A stretch of DNA of 42,423 bases from Octopus bimaculoides (Eukaryota): contig NC_068991.1 of NCBI RefSeq assembly GCF_001194135.2, positions 65,857,398 to 65,899,820 on the forward strand, in the 5' to 3' direction. The notes beneath the pieces were generated by a model. It made no database searches. It was not told the origin of the DNA and saw nothing but the letters and a program-made list of their open reading frames with translations. Of this stretch, positions 10,757 through 35,095 are shown piece after piece (the first letter of the stretch is position 1; each line of letters opens with the position of its first letter). The translations under genes were made by a program, and so were the position numbers.

Positions 10757-11050
10757 TGAAGGCGCATGGCTTAGTGGATAGGGTGTTGCACTCATCGATT
10801 GCGAGATCTTGATTTCAATTCCCAGACCGGGTGTTGCGTTGTGTTCTTTAGCAAAACACTTCATTTCACGTTGCTCTGCGACCATTTCCTCATCTGACAT
10901 GTGGAACATCATGCACCTGTACAGGTAATGTCGATTTGATGAAAGGAGTGAGCTGATCACAAATATTTGGTCACTATACACAAATCAACTGTGCGGTTGT
11001 TTAGTAAGAAATCACAGAACCCTCATACGTGATCTAACGATGGGAGAGTC
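10757..11050 (+). mobile_element. tRNA-derived SINE (family E-like head, CORE-like block)
   Basis: GAAGGCGCATGGCTTAGTGG...TTTCAATTCCCAGACCGGG...GTGTTCTTTAGCAAAACACTTCATTTCACGTTGCTC; head homologous to 34443-34330 (-). Confidence 0.7.
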
Positions 11051-11228
11051 GCCATTCGCGACCTGTGTGCATTGGTTGGCCCTTTATCATTATTGTTAAT
11101 ATATTGCAGAGACAGTAACTTAATCACTTTTGCCGTATCTGGGCTGTTTCCAGAAGCAAATGCCTTGCCTCAGTTACACTCACTACCTTTTTTGCTTTTA
11201 GGTCTGATATGCATGCATGCATGTAAGT

Positions 11229-11760
11229 GGAGGCGCAATGGCCCAGTGGTTAGGGCAGCGGACTCGCAGTCATACTATCGCGGTTTCGATTCCCAGAACG
11301 GGCGTTGTGAGTGTTTATTGAGCAAAAACACCTAAAGTTCCACAAGGCTCCGGCAAGGGATGGTGGTGAACCCTGCTGCACTCTTTCACCACAACTTTCT
11401 CTCGCTCTTTTTTCCTGTTTCTGTTGTGCCTGTAATTCAAAGGGCCAGCCTTGTCACACTCTGCGTCACGCTGAATCTCNNNNNNNNNNAAAGTTCCACA
11501 AGGCTCCGGCAAGGGATGGTGGTGAACCCTGCTGCACTCTTTCACCACAACTTTCTCTCGCTCTTTTTTCCTGTTTCTGTTGTGCCTGTAATTCAAAGGG
11601 CCAGCCTTGTCACACTCTGCGTCACGCTGAATCTCCCCGAGAACTACGTTAAGGGTACACGTGTCTGTGGAGTGCTCAGCCACTTGCACGTTAATTTCAC
11701 GAGCAAGCTGTTCCGTTGATCGGATCAACTGGAACCCTCGACGTCGTGACCGACAGAGTG
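11229..11760 (+). mobile_element. SINE family B, full-length (146 bp duplicated across a 10-N gap)
   Basis: A-box-like TGGCCCAGTGGTTAGGGC and B-box-like GGTTTCGATTCCC; 11334-11479 is repeated at 11490-11635. Confidence 0.9.
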
Positions 11761-12019
11761 CATGTATGCATACATGCATGCATGCATGTATGTATGTATG
11801 TATGTATGTATGAATGCATGTATCTATGTGTGTGTGTATGCATGCATGTATGTAACTATACATACATATATGCATGCATACATACACATATAGATGTATA
11901 TACATATATGCGCGCACACACACACACACACACGCAGGCATGGGCCACCTGGTCTCTCGCCTTCACAGTGAACAGGAATTAATCTTTCTTCATTCCTTTG
12001 CGACATATGGGCTCAACTG

Positions 12020-12690
12020 AATTACTCTCTTCATCTGACACCAACCTCACACAGAATCCCCTACACCTCTGACATTCAACTGCCCCTCTCCAACAACACA
12101 CCTGCATACCGCCTACCTCAGTACCCTCACCACACACAGACCACTATACAAACCCCCATATGCACTGTTCAGCTCATTACTTACTTCATACACCATTGCA
12201 CACACACCTACAAACACCTTCCCACTCCACACGCACTAGCACCAAATACTTCTCAGCACCCACCTCACACACCATTATCTATACACACACACAATTTTCA
12301 ATAGCGTCACCAGACATACCACTATACGAGCAGACCCCAACACATTATTTAACTCAGTACACATACCACACACCACCATGCACACTCCCACACCTACACA
12401 AGCACATAATACCTGAACACAGACAATACATACACATGTAACACGCATAGACACAGATAACTTTCACCCACAAACATGTACTGTACACATGCACACTATT
12501 TGGTCACAGACACATACACACATCCCCTGAACAAGCACACATCAACTGCTACACACACACTCATACACACAGACATACGTTAGCTTCACACATATACATA
12601 CATCGAAATGCATACTCACATATATACACACACTCTCGCACACACATATGTACTCACACATTTGGCCCCATTCACGCATACACACACATA
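12020..12690. repeat. Degenerate CA-rich low-complexity tract
   Basis: Strong C/A bias with decayed (CA)n runs; the H/T-rich ORF there is a compositional artefact. Confidence 0.85.
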
Positions 12691-12729
12691 CATTTTCATA
12701 TTTTCAATGCCTTTTTAATGAAGTTTAGT

Positions 12730-13070
12730 CATAGGATCGCGGTTTCGATTCTCAGACCCGGCGTTGTGAGTGTTTATTGAGCGAAAACACCTAAAGCTCC
12801 ACGAGGCTCCGGCAGGGGATGGTGGCGAACCCTGCTGTATTCTTTAACCACAGCTTTCTCTCACTCTTACTTCCTGTTTCTGTTGTGCCTGTAATTCAAA
12901 GGGTCAGCCTTGTCACACTGTGTCACGCTGAATATCCCCAAGAACTACGTTAAGGGTACACGTGTCAGTGGAGTGCTCAGCCACTTGCACATTAATTTTA
13001 GGAGCAGGCTGTTCCGTTGACCGGATCAACTGGAACCCTCGACATCGTAAGCGACAGAGTGCCAACAACA
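12730..13070 (+). mobile_element. SINE family B, 5'-truncated
   Basis: Begins TAGGATCGCGGTTTCGATT and ends GAGTGCCAACAACAAC. Confidence 0.9.
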
Positions 13071-13725
13071 ACATATATATATATATACATCTGAGGTGTT
13101 TGTTGGTGTGTGTGTGTAAGTTGGGAGTTGGTGTTGAAGAATGCTAATGCAAGCGTGTCATAGATAGTCACCAAGTATTGCTCAGATAAATCCAGGAGTT
13201 GAATCCGAGATCCTTCGTCCGGGCCAAGTGACTCTGGTGTTGGAAATCAGCCATAAGGGGGACCTGCATCAGGTGAGTATGAGAATAAAAAGGAAAGGAT
13301 GGAAAATAGCATATACAAATAAAACGAAAGATATAATCAAGTCTCATCTTCACAGATGTTCTGGATAAACAATGAATTGTGCCATAACCATGTGTATTAT
13401 GTTACGAAGACCAATGATATTATCGGTGTGTGGATTAACACGGATTTTGAGAGATCCGTTATGCAAAATCAATTTATCCAAATCAGAAGAATGATTTCAA
13501 GTCCCGGATCTTTCAAAATCCGTGCCAATCCATTAACAACTTTCCATATAAATTCTCCTCATGCCTACTTTTGTGTATATTTCGTTTTTTTTTTTTGTTT
13601 GTTTGTTTGCTTTGGTTTGTTTCACTTCCACAGTCGTCTGACGTATGTTGTGTCTGTAGCTGACTTCTTACTTCATAGCCGCCGGTCCTACTTGAAGGAG
13701 TTGGAGATTAAGTTTCGATACTGTC

Positions 13726-13890
13726 ACGACGGGTTTCTTTCAGTTTCCGTCTGCCAAATCCACTCATAAGGCTTTGGTTGGCCCGAGGCTATAGTAGAAG
13801 ACACTTGCCCAAGGTTCCACGCAGTGGGACGGAACCCGGAACCATGTGGTTGGGAAGCAAGCTACTTACCACACAGCCACTCCTACGCCT
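13726..13890 (-). mobile_element. SINE family A, 5' half
   Basis: Reverse complement of GGCGTAGGAGTGGCTGTGTGGTAAGTAGCTTGC...GAAACCCGTCG. Confidence 0.9.
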
Positions 13891-14261
13891 CATCATTTTA
13901 ACTTCCGTTTTTTTACGCTGGCGTAGGTTGGACGACGTGACAGGAAATGGCAAGGCCACGAGCCCGTACCAGATTCCATATTCGCTTTTGGATTGGCTTC
14001 TACAGCTTGATGCCCTTCCTAACTGCAGCCACTTTCCAGGATGTACTGGGTGCTTCTTACGTGGCATCAGCACCGGTGCTTTTTACTTGATACCTTGATT
14101 TTAGGCGATCAATTCTGTTGTGGTGGACGAGTCTTCTTGAATTCAGCAATGCACCACTTATCTCAGTCCTCCATCATCTCCTTCGAAAGGCTCAGCGCTT
14201 TGAGATTGGCCTTCAATATTTCGTCCCATGTCTTTCTGGGTCTCCCTTTTCCACAACTTCC
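13888..14261 (-). mobile_element. RTE-type LINE 3' end (ORF C-terminus plus 3' UTR)
   Basis: GSCGKGRPRKTWDEILKANLKALSLSKEMMED*DKW followed by the AGGAAGGGCATC-containing UTR. The clade assignment rests on the GRPRKTW-type C-terminus. Confidence 0.65.
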
Positions 14262-14414
14262 TATACATATACATATATACACACGTGTGTGTGTGCGTAT
14301 ATATATATTATATATGTGTGTTTGTATGTATGTACACACATGCACATCTTACTTAGATTCATATTTTTTATAGTGTTTGCAGTAAGTAGAGTGTCACTTG
14401 TCATCAAGTAGCAC

Positions 14415-14503
14415 ATTGGGCAAGTGTCTTCTGCTATAGCCTCAGTTCAACCAAAGCCTTATGAGTGGATTTGGTAGATGGAAACTGAAAGAAGCCAGTC
14501 GTA

Positions 14504-14562
<59 letters not shown>

Positions 14563-15255
14563 NNNNNNNNNNNNNNNNNNNNNNNNNNNNNNNNNNNNNN
14601 NNNNNNNNNNNNNNNNNNNNNNNNNNNNNNNNNNNNNNNNNNNNNNNNNNNNNNNNNNNNNNNNNNNNNNNNNNNNNNNNNNNNNNNNNNNNNNNNNNNN
14701 NNNNNNNNNNNNNNNNNNNNNNNNNNNNNNNNNNNNNNNNNNNNNNNNNNNNNNNNNNNNNNNNNNNNNNNNNNNNNNNNNNNNNNNNNNNNNNNNNNNN
14801 NNNNNNNNNNNNNNNNNNNNNNNNNNNNNNNNNNNNNNNNNNNNNNNNNNNNNNNNNNNNNNNNNNNNNNNNNNNNNNNNNNNNNNNNNNNNNNNNNNNN
14901 NNNNNNNNNNNNNNNNNNNNNNNNNNNATGGCACCTTGGGCAAGTGTCTTCTACTATAGCCTCGGGCTGACCAAAGCCTTGTGAGTGGATTTGGTAGACG
15001 GAAACTGAAAGAAGCCCGTCATATGTATGTATATATGTGTGTGTGTCTGTGTTTGTCCCCCCCCCCAACATTGCTTGACAACTGATGCTAGTGTGTTTAC
15101 ATCCCTGTAACTTAGCAGTTCGGTAAAAGGGAACCAATAGAATAAGTACGAGGCTTACAAAGAATAAGTCCTGGGGTTGATTTGCTTGACTAAAGGCGGT
15201 GCTCCAGCATGGCCACAGTCAAATGACTGAAACAAGTAAAAGAGTAAAAGAGTAT
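14415..15255 (+). mobile_element. Two SINE family A segments either side of a gap (14415-14562; 14929-15255)
   Basis: TTGGGCAAGTGTCTTCT...GAAACTGAAAGAAGCC in both; the second runs to the GAAACAAGTAAAAGAG tail. Confidence 0.85.
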
Positions 15256-16885
15256 TTTGTCTGACATGGTAACGATTCTGCCAGTTCACCGCCTTGACCT
15301 TTGCTATGAATTATTCCACAACAAAATGCATTATATATTTAGATACAAGAACACAGAAGATATATTTATCAGTCTTTTATTTAACAATCTGAATAGGATT
15401 AAAAACAAAACAAAAGGAAAAACATGCATGTCCACACACGTTAACAAACACATGTACACACACACACACACTTTATAAATAAGCGGAGAAACAAATAAGA
15501 GGAATACAGATATTCAAACCCGGCTTCGCTGTCTGACATGATTTTTCAACTTGGTTTGAAATCATTTGTCGAGAGAGTTTTGATGTCAAGCCCAGGGACA
15601 CAGCAATAGATCTGTACCATGACATAAAGTGATGGCAAACTAATGAAGTATCTGCTACCTTGTTCATTCAGTTATTGCTGTATCAATATGGTTTATTTTT
15701 ACATCGTTATGAAATCTATCATTTATAAATGGAGAAGGAATAGGAAGTTGGTCGTTCATGCTTTGACCATGAAAATTAACGAGATAACTTAATCGTTTAC
15801 AAGTGTGAAACGAAATAGGATTGTTACTATAGATCTGAGATTTTATTGCTAAATGATAGAAACCTGAGATTATTTGAAGTTGTGGCATTTATACTTTTCA
15901 GTGAAATGGACAGCAGCTGGGAATGGAATCCTATGCAGTAGCAACCACTCTGAGAAGCAATACTGTGTATGTAAGTATGGTGGCAGAGATTTTTTCAAAG
16001 GGGTGAGATGGAGAAAGTTGGGATGTAAACATTCGCGATGCAAATGAAACTGGGCTATTTTTTAAGCAAAGGATCGATGCACTTAAGTCTCAATTAAACA
16101 AAATTAGCAGGAGTCGTGGAAATTCCGAGTTTCATAAATGTTCATAATTCTCTTTTGATGCATAAATTCATAGATTTTCTCAACATTGTGTTATCGAAAG
16201 TTTCTGGCAGTCTTCGATTTCCTTCCACAGTTAGGGCTATTGAAAGCTTGATACAGGAACCTGTTTAACTATGTTAACCTTTTGCTTGTCAAAAGTATTT
16301 TCATAAGTTTCTTCTAAACATCCGCACACTTTTTCAGACTATTAGTTAGCCTCTGTTTTAAATGTCCTGAGTAATATAAAGCTTCCATTTTACAAGCCTT
16401 AAGTTACTCTGATGGTTGAGAAAAAAATGGTTATTTGTATCATATATTTTGCATGGACGACAGAGAAATATGTCCTGTCTATTACATGTGATATACAGGA
16501 CAGGCGAACAGTTAAAGATTTCGATTATGTCTTCGATGTTGTTCCATAGTTAAGTCTGCTGGAAGTGTAACACATGAAAACATATTACGAGAAGCAGAAT
16601 AATATTATAGAAAGTTGGAAATTAGTGTAAAGTGGCGAAGAGAGGAAGAATAGCCTGATCTTTGACATTAAATATAATGGTTGCAATGATCAAGAACTGA
16701 GAAAAGGAGGAAAGTTCAGAGACGACAATTGGGGAAACGACTGAAGATGGCAACGAATTTGTAGTTTTTGGTTCCTGTTGATTTTTTAGGATAGAAATTA
16801 GATGTATACAGTAGGAAAATGAGTATTAGTGAAGTTTATCCTCTTTTAAATAAAAAGTATTAGTGACGTAAGAGATAGTGATATT

Positions 16886-17080
16886 GGTTTCAAATTTTGG
16901 CACAAGGCCAGAAATTTCGGGGGAGGGAATAAGTCGATTGCATTGACCCTGATATTTGACTGGAAGGATGAAAGGAAAAGTCAACCTTGGCAGAATTTGA
17001 ACTCAGAACGTAAAGATGAACAAAATGCCGCTAAGCATTTTGCCTAGCATGCAAACAATTCTTCCAGTTGGTCACCTTAA
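16886..17080 (-). mobile_element. tRNA-derived SINE family D
   Basis: + strand TGGTTTCAAATTTTGGCACAAGGCC...GGATGAAAGGAAAAGTCAACCTTGGCAGAATTTGAACTCAGAACGTAA; B-box-like GAGTTCAAATT on the minus strand. Confidence 0.85.
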
Positions 17081-17324
17081 GTGATAATAATATTAATGTT
17101 TAAAATATTTACAAGTCCAGATATTTGGAGGAGGCGATTATTATACCAATATTGGCACTTATTTTCTCAACATCAGGTGATGGCTGGTATAGTTGACCAC
17201 AGGGTAATTTGAACTCGGAACTCGAAGAGACAATTTATTACTGTAATGAATTTTGATCGTACCTCTTACTATTCCGGCAATCAAATGGACACATTAATAA
17301 TCCTGGACTAATTAATAAGTATTT

Positions 17325-17428
17325 CAAATTTTTGCCAGAAGGGCAGCTTGGGGGAGAAAGGGACGAATCGATTACATCAACCCCAGTGTTCAACTGGTAC
17401 TTATTTTATCGACCCCGAAAGGAGGAAA
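17325..17428 (-). mobile_element. SINE family D, 3' part (cut by gap)
   Basis: TTTCAAATTTTTGCCAGAAGGGCAGC...ATCGACCCCGAAAGG. Confidence 0.8.
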
Positions 17429-17940
17429 NNNNNNNNNNNNNNNNNNNNNNNNNNNNNNNNNNNNNNNNNNNNNNNNNNNNNNNNNNNNNNNNNNNNNNNN
17501 NNNNNNNNNNNNNNNNNNNNNNNNNNNNNNNNNNNNNNNNNNNNNNNNNNNNNNNNNNNNNNNNNNNNNNNNNNNNNNNNNNNNNNNNNNNNNNNNNNNN
17601 NNNNNNNNNNNNNNNNNNNNNNNNNNNNNNNNNNNNNNNNNNNNNNNNNNNNNNNNNNNNNNNNNNNNNNNNNNNNNNNNNNNNNNNNNNNNNNNNNNNN
17701 NNNNNNNNNNNNNNNNNNNNNNNNNNNNNNNNNNNNNNNNNNNNNNNNNNNNNNNNNNNNNNNNNNNNNNNNNNNNNNNNNNNNNNNNNNNNNNNNNNNN
17801 NNNNNNNNNNNNNNNNNNNNNNNNNNNNNNNNNNNNNNNNNNNNNNNNNNNNNNNNNNNNNNNNNNNNNNNNNNNNNNNNNNNNNNNNNNNNNNNNNNNN
17901 NNNNNNNNNNNNNNNNNNNNNNNNNNNNNNNNNNNNNNNN

Positions 17941-17992
<52 letters not shown>

Positions 17993-18456
17993 AAGGGAGA
18001 GAGATGAGTTGTTCTAAAAGTTATTATGCTGATTGTACAAACAGATTAGTCAGGAAATCAGTTGGTAATAAATTTGACAAATCCTAAGAACTTTTGGACC
18101 TGGAAATTGTTTCTGGTCCTGGTCAAGGAACAGCAACGATTTTTAGATACAATTTTTTGCAATGCTGTCATGCCAAGACTGAGCAAACAAGTTGAAAGCT
18201 TCACTAAACTTCATTAAAAAGGCATTGAAAATGTTGCATTAGTCTCAAGAGTCTGAGAACACACTGGTACCTTGTAGTAACTGTATGCATCCAAAAACAC
18301 ATGAAACTGGAATCATCTCAAAGAGCTGTTGATGTCTTTGAAATTATGGCAGTTGACCAGAATTAAAACTGGGAACTTTATCTGTAAAAGACTTCTTACT
18401 ATTATTAAAAGAACAATAGGGTTGAGTCTTAAGAGCAGAGTCAGTCTCTTCTTTTT

Positions 18457-30717
<12,261 letters not shown>

Positions 30718-31464
30718 ATTTTGTGTTTATTTTAAGATAAAAAATATGTTTTTATAAATATTTATATCCAGACTTTATCTCTGTTTTGTGTTGGATATTT
30801 GTGTGTGTCCGTGCGAGAGAAGTATATTATATATGTTCTTATACAACGTTGCTTTGACTTATTTCTCAGACTGAGTCTGAAGAGGCAATGTCTGGATATT
30901 TATATGATGCTTAACTTCATCCGAATGTTATAATTGGTTGTTAGTTGGGAGACAAAGCCATGTGAGAGAATATCAAGCATTACTGTAACTGTCCAGGAAA
31001 TCTCTCTCTTTCTCTGTCACTCAAACTATCCTCACTTCCTCTCTCATATCTTTTTCTTTCTCACACTGTTGCGTTCCTTTCATCTCCTCCTTCTTCTCTT
31101 TACTTTCATCTAAGTTTTAGGACAATAGCGTCACTCCATTTCGAGTGATAAGTGCTTTAAGGTGTGGTGTAGCATAATAGATACCTCGAGAGTTGCAATA
31201 GACTCTACGAGTGGAAAATTAGCATAATTGTTACTTCCGCTTCACTTTTTGTTAGAGTTATAGTTGTTGTTGAATAATTTCTTAGGTTAGCAAAAACTAT
31301 TTTTTAGACGTATGGATAGAGAGAACTCGATTGGAGCGAAATTTATTATAGAACTGCCATTTCTTTTATCGACCCCCAACGTGGAGGGGGAACATAGTTA
31401 CCCTCAGGAGGAAGGTAGGGAAAAGAATCAGTTTCAGTGTGTGTGTGGGGGGGTTATCTTATCT

Positions 31465-31650
31465 TTTTACTTTTTACTTCTTTCAGTCATTGAACTGCAG
31501 CCCTGCTGGGGCACCGCTTTGTTGGGTTTTCTAGTCGAACGAATCGATCCCAGAGCTTATTTTTAAAAGCCTGGTACTTATTCTATCCACGTGTTTTACC
31601 GAACTGCTAATGTTACAGGGACGTAAACAAACCGACATCGATTGTCAAGT
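31465..31650 (-). mobile_element. SINE family A, 3' half
   Basis: TTTTACTTCTTTCAGTCATTGAACTGCAGCCCTGCTGGGGCACCGC.... Confidence 0.8.
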
Positions 31651-32616
31651 GGAGAGGACCAGGCAGAGAGAAGGATGATATAAACGGCTTAGGAAGGTGG
31701 GATAGAGAGGTGAAGGAAGAGCAAGAAATAGATATAAGGCGGGGGAGGGAGAGGTAGGTCGGTAATCGGGGGAGTGAATGAAAGTAGTAGTAGTAGTAGT
31801 AGTGAGCCGGAGGGGGGGAGGGGAGGGGGAGGGGTAAGATGAGGTCAATATGGTGAAAGGAGGGCGCACATGGCGGAGATGTAAACGGAACCCTCCCANN
31901 NNNNNNNNNNNNNNNNNNNNNNNNNNNNNNNNNNNNNNNNNNNNNNNNNNNNNNNNNNNNNNNNNNNNNNNNNNNNNNNNNNNNNNNNNNNNNNNNNNNN
32001 NNNNNNNNNNNNNNNNNNNNNNNNNNNNNNNNNNNNNNNNNNNNNNNNNNNNNNNNNNNNNNNNNNNNNNNNNNNNNNNNNNNNNNNNNNNNNNNNNNNN
32101 NNNNNNNNNNNNNNNNNNNNNNNNNNNNNNNNNNNNNNNNNNNNNNNNNNNNNNNNNNNNNNNNNNNNNNNNNNNNNNNNNNNNNNNNNNNNNNNNNNNN
32201 NNNNNNNNNNNNNNNNNNNNNNNNNNNNNNNNNNNNNNNNNNNNNNNNNNNNNNNNNNNNNNNNNNNNNNNNNNNNNNNNNNNNNNNNNNNNNNNNNNNN
32301 NNNNNNNNNNNNNNNNNNNNNNNNNNNNNNNNNNNNNNNNNNNNNNNNNNNNNNNNNNNNNNNNNNNNNNNNNNNNNNNNNNNNNNNNNNNNNNNNNNNN
32401 NNNNNNNNNNNNNNNNNNNNNNNNNNNNNNNNNNNNNNNNNNNNNNNNNNNNNNNNNNNNNNNNNNNNNNNNNNNNNNNNNNNNNNNNNNNNNNNNNNNN
32501 NNNNNNNNNNNNNNNNNNNNNNNNNNNNNNNNNNNNNNNNNNNNNNNNNNNNNNNNNNNNNNNNNNNNNNNNNNNNNNNNNNNNNNNNNNNNNNNNNNNN
32601 NNNNNNNNNNNNNNNN

Positions 32617-32990
32617 CAATGGCCCAGTGGTTAGGGCAGCGGACTCGCGGTCGTAGGATCGCGGTTTCGATTCCCAAACCGGGCGTTGCGAGTGTTTATT
32701 GAGCGAAAACACCTAAAGCTTCACAAGGCTCCGGCAGGAGATGGTGGCGAACCCTGCTGTACTCTTCCACCACAACCTTCTCTCACTCTTACTTCCTGTT
32801 TCTGTTGTGCCTGTAATTCAAAGGGCCAGCCTTGTCACACTCTGTGTCACGCTGAATATCCCCGAGAACTACGTTAAGGGTACACGTGTCTGTGGAGTGC
32901 TCAATCACTTGCACGTTAATTTCACGAGCAGTCTGTTTTGTTGATCGGATCAACTGGAGCCCTCGACGTCGTAAGCGACGGAGTGCCAAC
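32617..32990 (+). mobile_element. SINE family B, full-length
   Basis: AATGGCCCAGTGGTTAGGGCAGCGGACTCGCGGTCGTAGGATCGCGGTTTCGATTCCC...GACGGAGTGCCAAC. Confidence 0.9.
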
Positions 32991-33124
32991 GAACAAATCT
33001 GCTAATTATGCACATTATGATTATTACATAATTCTGAGTTTCTAGGATCAGCTGTCAAGTTTAAAAAAACTGAGTATATTTTGGTTATCTCACCCCCATT
33101 AAAAAATTGGGTTATCTCCCCCAA

Positions 33125-34040
33125 CTAGCGCCAAGAGACAGTGAAATGGGTGCATTTTTCTTTCTTTGATCCTTCAAAATCTGGGTAAAGGGAAGCAAAC
33201 TTCTCCGCGCAGTTAGGGATGAAGCAGCAATAGAAATTGATCAGTCCGAGAAAATGGCGAAGCTGCTTCAAAGACACAGGAGGAGACAAGCGTTTGATGA
33301 CTTCCATTCTAGAGGGAAGCGGACGAATGCCGTTGGCATCAATAAGGTGCTCCAAGAATTCCAGGCTGGAAGAACCAAATACACTCTTGGACGGGTTGGT
33401 CTTCACATCATAGGAACGCAGACGCTTGAACAGTTGGGTTATATGCTGGTCTGGAGTACTACTGGCGATTAAGAGGTCTCTATATATGCAAAGTCCAACC
33501 CACGAACAAGCTCATCAATGAACCTGGCCGCATTTCGAAGACCAAAAGGCATAGACAAAAACTCAAACGCCCCAAAGGGGATCGTAACGGCTGTCTTTGA
33601 AATGTCATCGGCATTGACAAGAATCTGATGGTACGCGCGTACCAGGACGATTTTAGAAAAAACCTTACAGCCATGTTGGGCAGAAGAAAAATCCTGATTA
33701 TGAGGTAGCGGATAACGGTCTGGAATAGGGACAGTACTAAAGCGTCTAAAAACTCCCACCGGACGAAAGTCGGCTTCATTCTTCCTGGCCACGTGTAAAG
33801 GTGCTGCCCATGGGCTCGTGGATGGACGAATAACACTCAGCTGGAGGTCCTTTGGTTGTTATAAACTGTTTCGTAGAGTGCACTGGATCCGTTGGATGGA
33901 AGGTCAAGTTGGTCAATTCTGGAAACGAAGCGAGTAACTGGAGGTAAGTGCCCCCAGAAGCAGTCACAAGGAAAGAAGGGCTCACCGTAGGAACAGCGGA
34001 ATTGTTCCTGGAGACAGAGAGGGAAGTGGTACCATTAAGA
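33125..34040 (-). mobile_element. Ty3/Gypsy LTR-retrotransposon pol fossil (RT and start of connection/RNase H)
   Basis: ...YLQLLASFPELT...WAAPLHV..K...FRPVG.FR...PDRYPLPH.QDF...CKVFSKI.LVRAYHQI...DDISKTAVTIPFGAFEFLSMPFGLRNAA...YI(D)DLLIAS...NPSKSVFG...LRHFLGLINFY; frameshifts present; no LTR seen. Confidence 0.9.
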
Positions 34041-34074
34041 AATAAGTTATTATTTTTTTTATTAAACATAACTA

Positions 34075-34443
34075 GTCCGGGATTGCACCTAGAAAGTTAC
34101 CCTCCCAGGCACAAGTCCGGGCAAGGTTGTTTATGGAAGACCAGCAGTCGCCCAAGCATACCAGCGTCCCCTCTCCACGCCACCGATGTTNNNNNNNNNN
34201 AGCAGTCGCCCAAGCATACCAGCGTCCCCTCTCCACGCCACCGATGTTATCCAAGGGAAAGGCAAAGGCCGATACAGTTTGGCACCTGTGACGTCGCAAC
34301 TCATTTCTGCAGTGGAGTGAACTGGAGAAACGTGAAATAAAGTGACTAGGTCAAGAACACAACACGCAGCCCGGTCCGGGATTCGAACTCACAACCTCAC
34401 GATCGTAAGCTCAACGCTCTAACCACTGAGCCATGTGCCTTCA
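34075..34443 (-). mobile_element. tRNA-derived SINE family E (48 bp duplicated across a 10-N gap)
   Basis: Minus strand GAAGGCACATGGCTCAGTGGTTAGAGCG...GAGTTCGAATCCCGGACCGGG (A- and B-box-like). Confidence 0.8.
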
Positions 34444-34465
34444 CAATGTGTGCACACACACGCAT

Positions 34466-34497
<32 letters not shown>

Positions 34498-34689
34498 NNN
34501 NNNNNNNNNNNNNNNNNNNNNNNNNNNNNNNNNNNNNNNNNNNNNNNNNNNNNNNNNNNNNNNNNNNNNNNNNNNNNNNNNNNNNNNNNNNNNNNNNNNN
34601 NNNNNNNNNNNNNNNNNNNNNNNNNNNNNNNNNNNNNNNNNNNNNNNNNNNNNNNNNNNNNNNNNNNNNNNNNNNNNNNNNNNNNNNNN

Positions 34690-34862
34690 ACACACACACA
34701 CATATGTACGACGGGCTTCTTTTCAGTTTCCGCCTACCAAATCCACTTATAAGGCTTTGATCAACCCGAGGCTATAGCAGAAGGTACTTGACCAATGTGT
34801 CATGCAGTGAAACTGAATCCGGAACCATCTGGTTGAGAAGCAAGCTTCTTACGACAGCTTTT

Positions 34863-34900
<38 letters not shown>

Positions 34901-35095
34901 TGTATGTATGTATGTATGTATGTATGTATGTATGTACGACGGGTTTCTTTCAGTTACGTCTACTAAATCCGCTCATAAGACATTGGTCTGCCCGAGGCTT
35001 TAATAGAAGACACTTGCCGATGGTGCCACGCAGCAAAACTGAACCTAAAACTCATGGCTGTGAAGGACATTTTAACCACACAGCTACAACTGCCC
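34690..35095 (-). mobile_element. Two tandem SINE family A 5' halves (~34707-34860, ~34935-35095)
   Basis: Both start CGACGGG(C/T)TTCTTTCAGTT and end in the CTT..ACCAC/ACAGC head region. Confidence 0.8.

Noticed and set aside
11334-11635. Exact 146-bp direct repeat inside a SINE B
   Set aside because: The copies sit on either side of a 10-N gap, the pattern of unmerged overlapping contig ends; assembly artefact.
12160-12441. 93-aa His/Thr-rich ORF
   Set aside because: Translation of a decayed (CA)n tract.
13205-13280. Minus-strand CTGATGCAGGTCC...GGACGAAGG resembling a hammerhead
   Set aside because: Both core boxes are broken (no A9 in register, GAAG instead of GAAA); likely chance.
15520-15900. 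Possible hAT dimerisation-domain relic (..DIK*WQTNE..)
   Set aside because: The diagnostic TS...ER.FS motif is absent; too degenerate to call.
30751-30766. Two TATAAA hexamers (minus strand) 34 and 44 nt upstream of the ARF ATG
   Set aside because: The local sequence is extremely AT-rich, the transcription start is unknown, and a non-coding first exon cannot be excluded.
30871-30930. CTGAAGA-GGCA...TGCT upstream of ARF exon 1 as a hammerhead
   Set aside because: No GAAA after the putative stem II and no stems I or III.
31812-31834. Four G-runs with G-quadruplex potential about 1.1 kb upstream of the ARF start
   Set aside because: Part of a purine-rich low-complexity tract next to a gap; nothing indicates function.
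34143-34248. Exact 48-bp direct repeat inside a SINE E
   Set aside because: Same 10-N gap overlap artefact.
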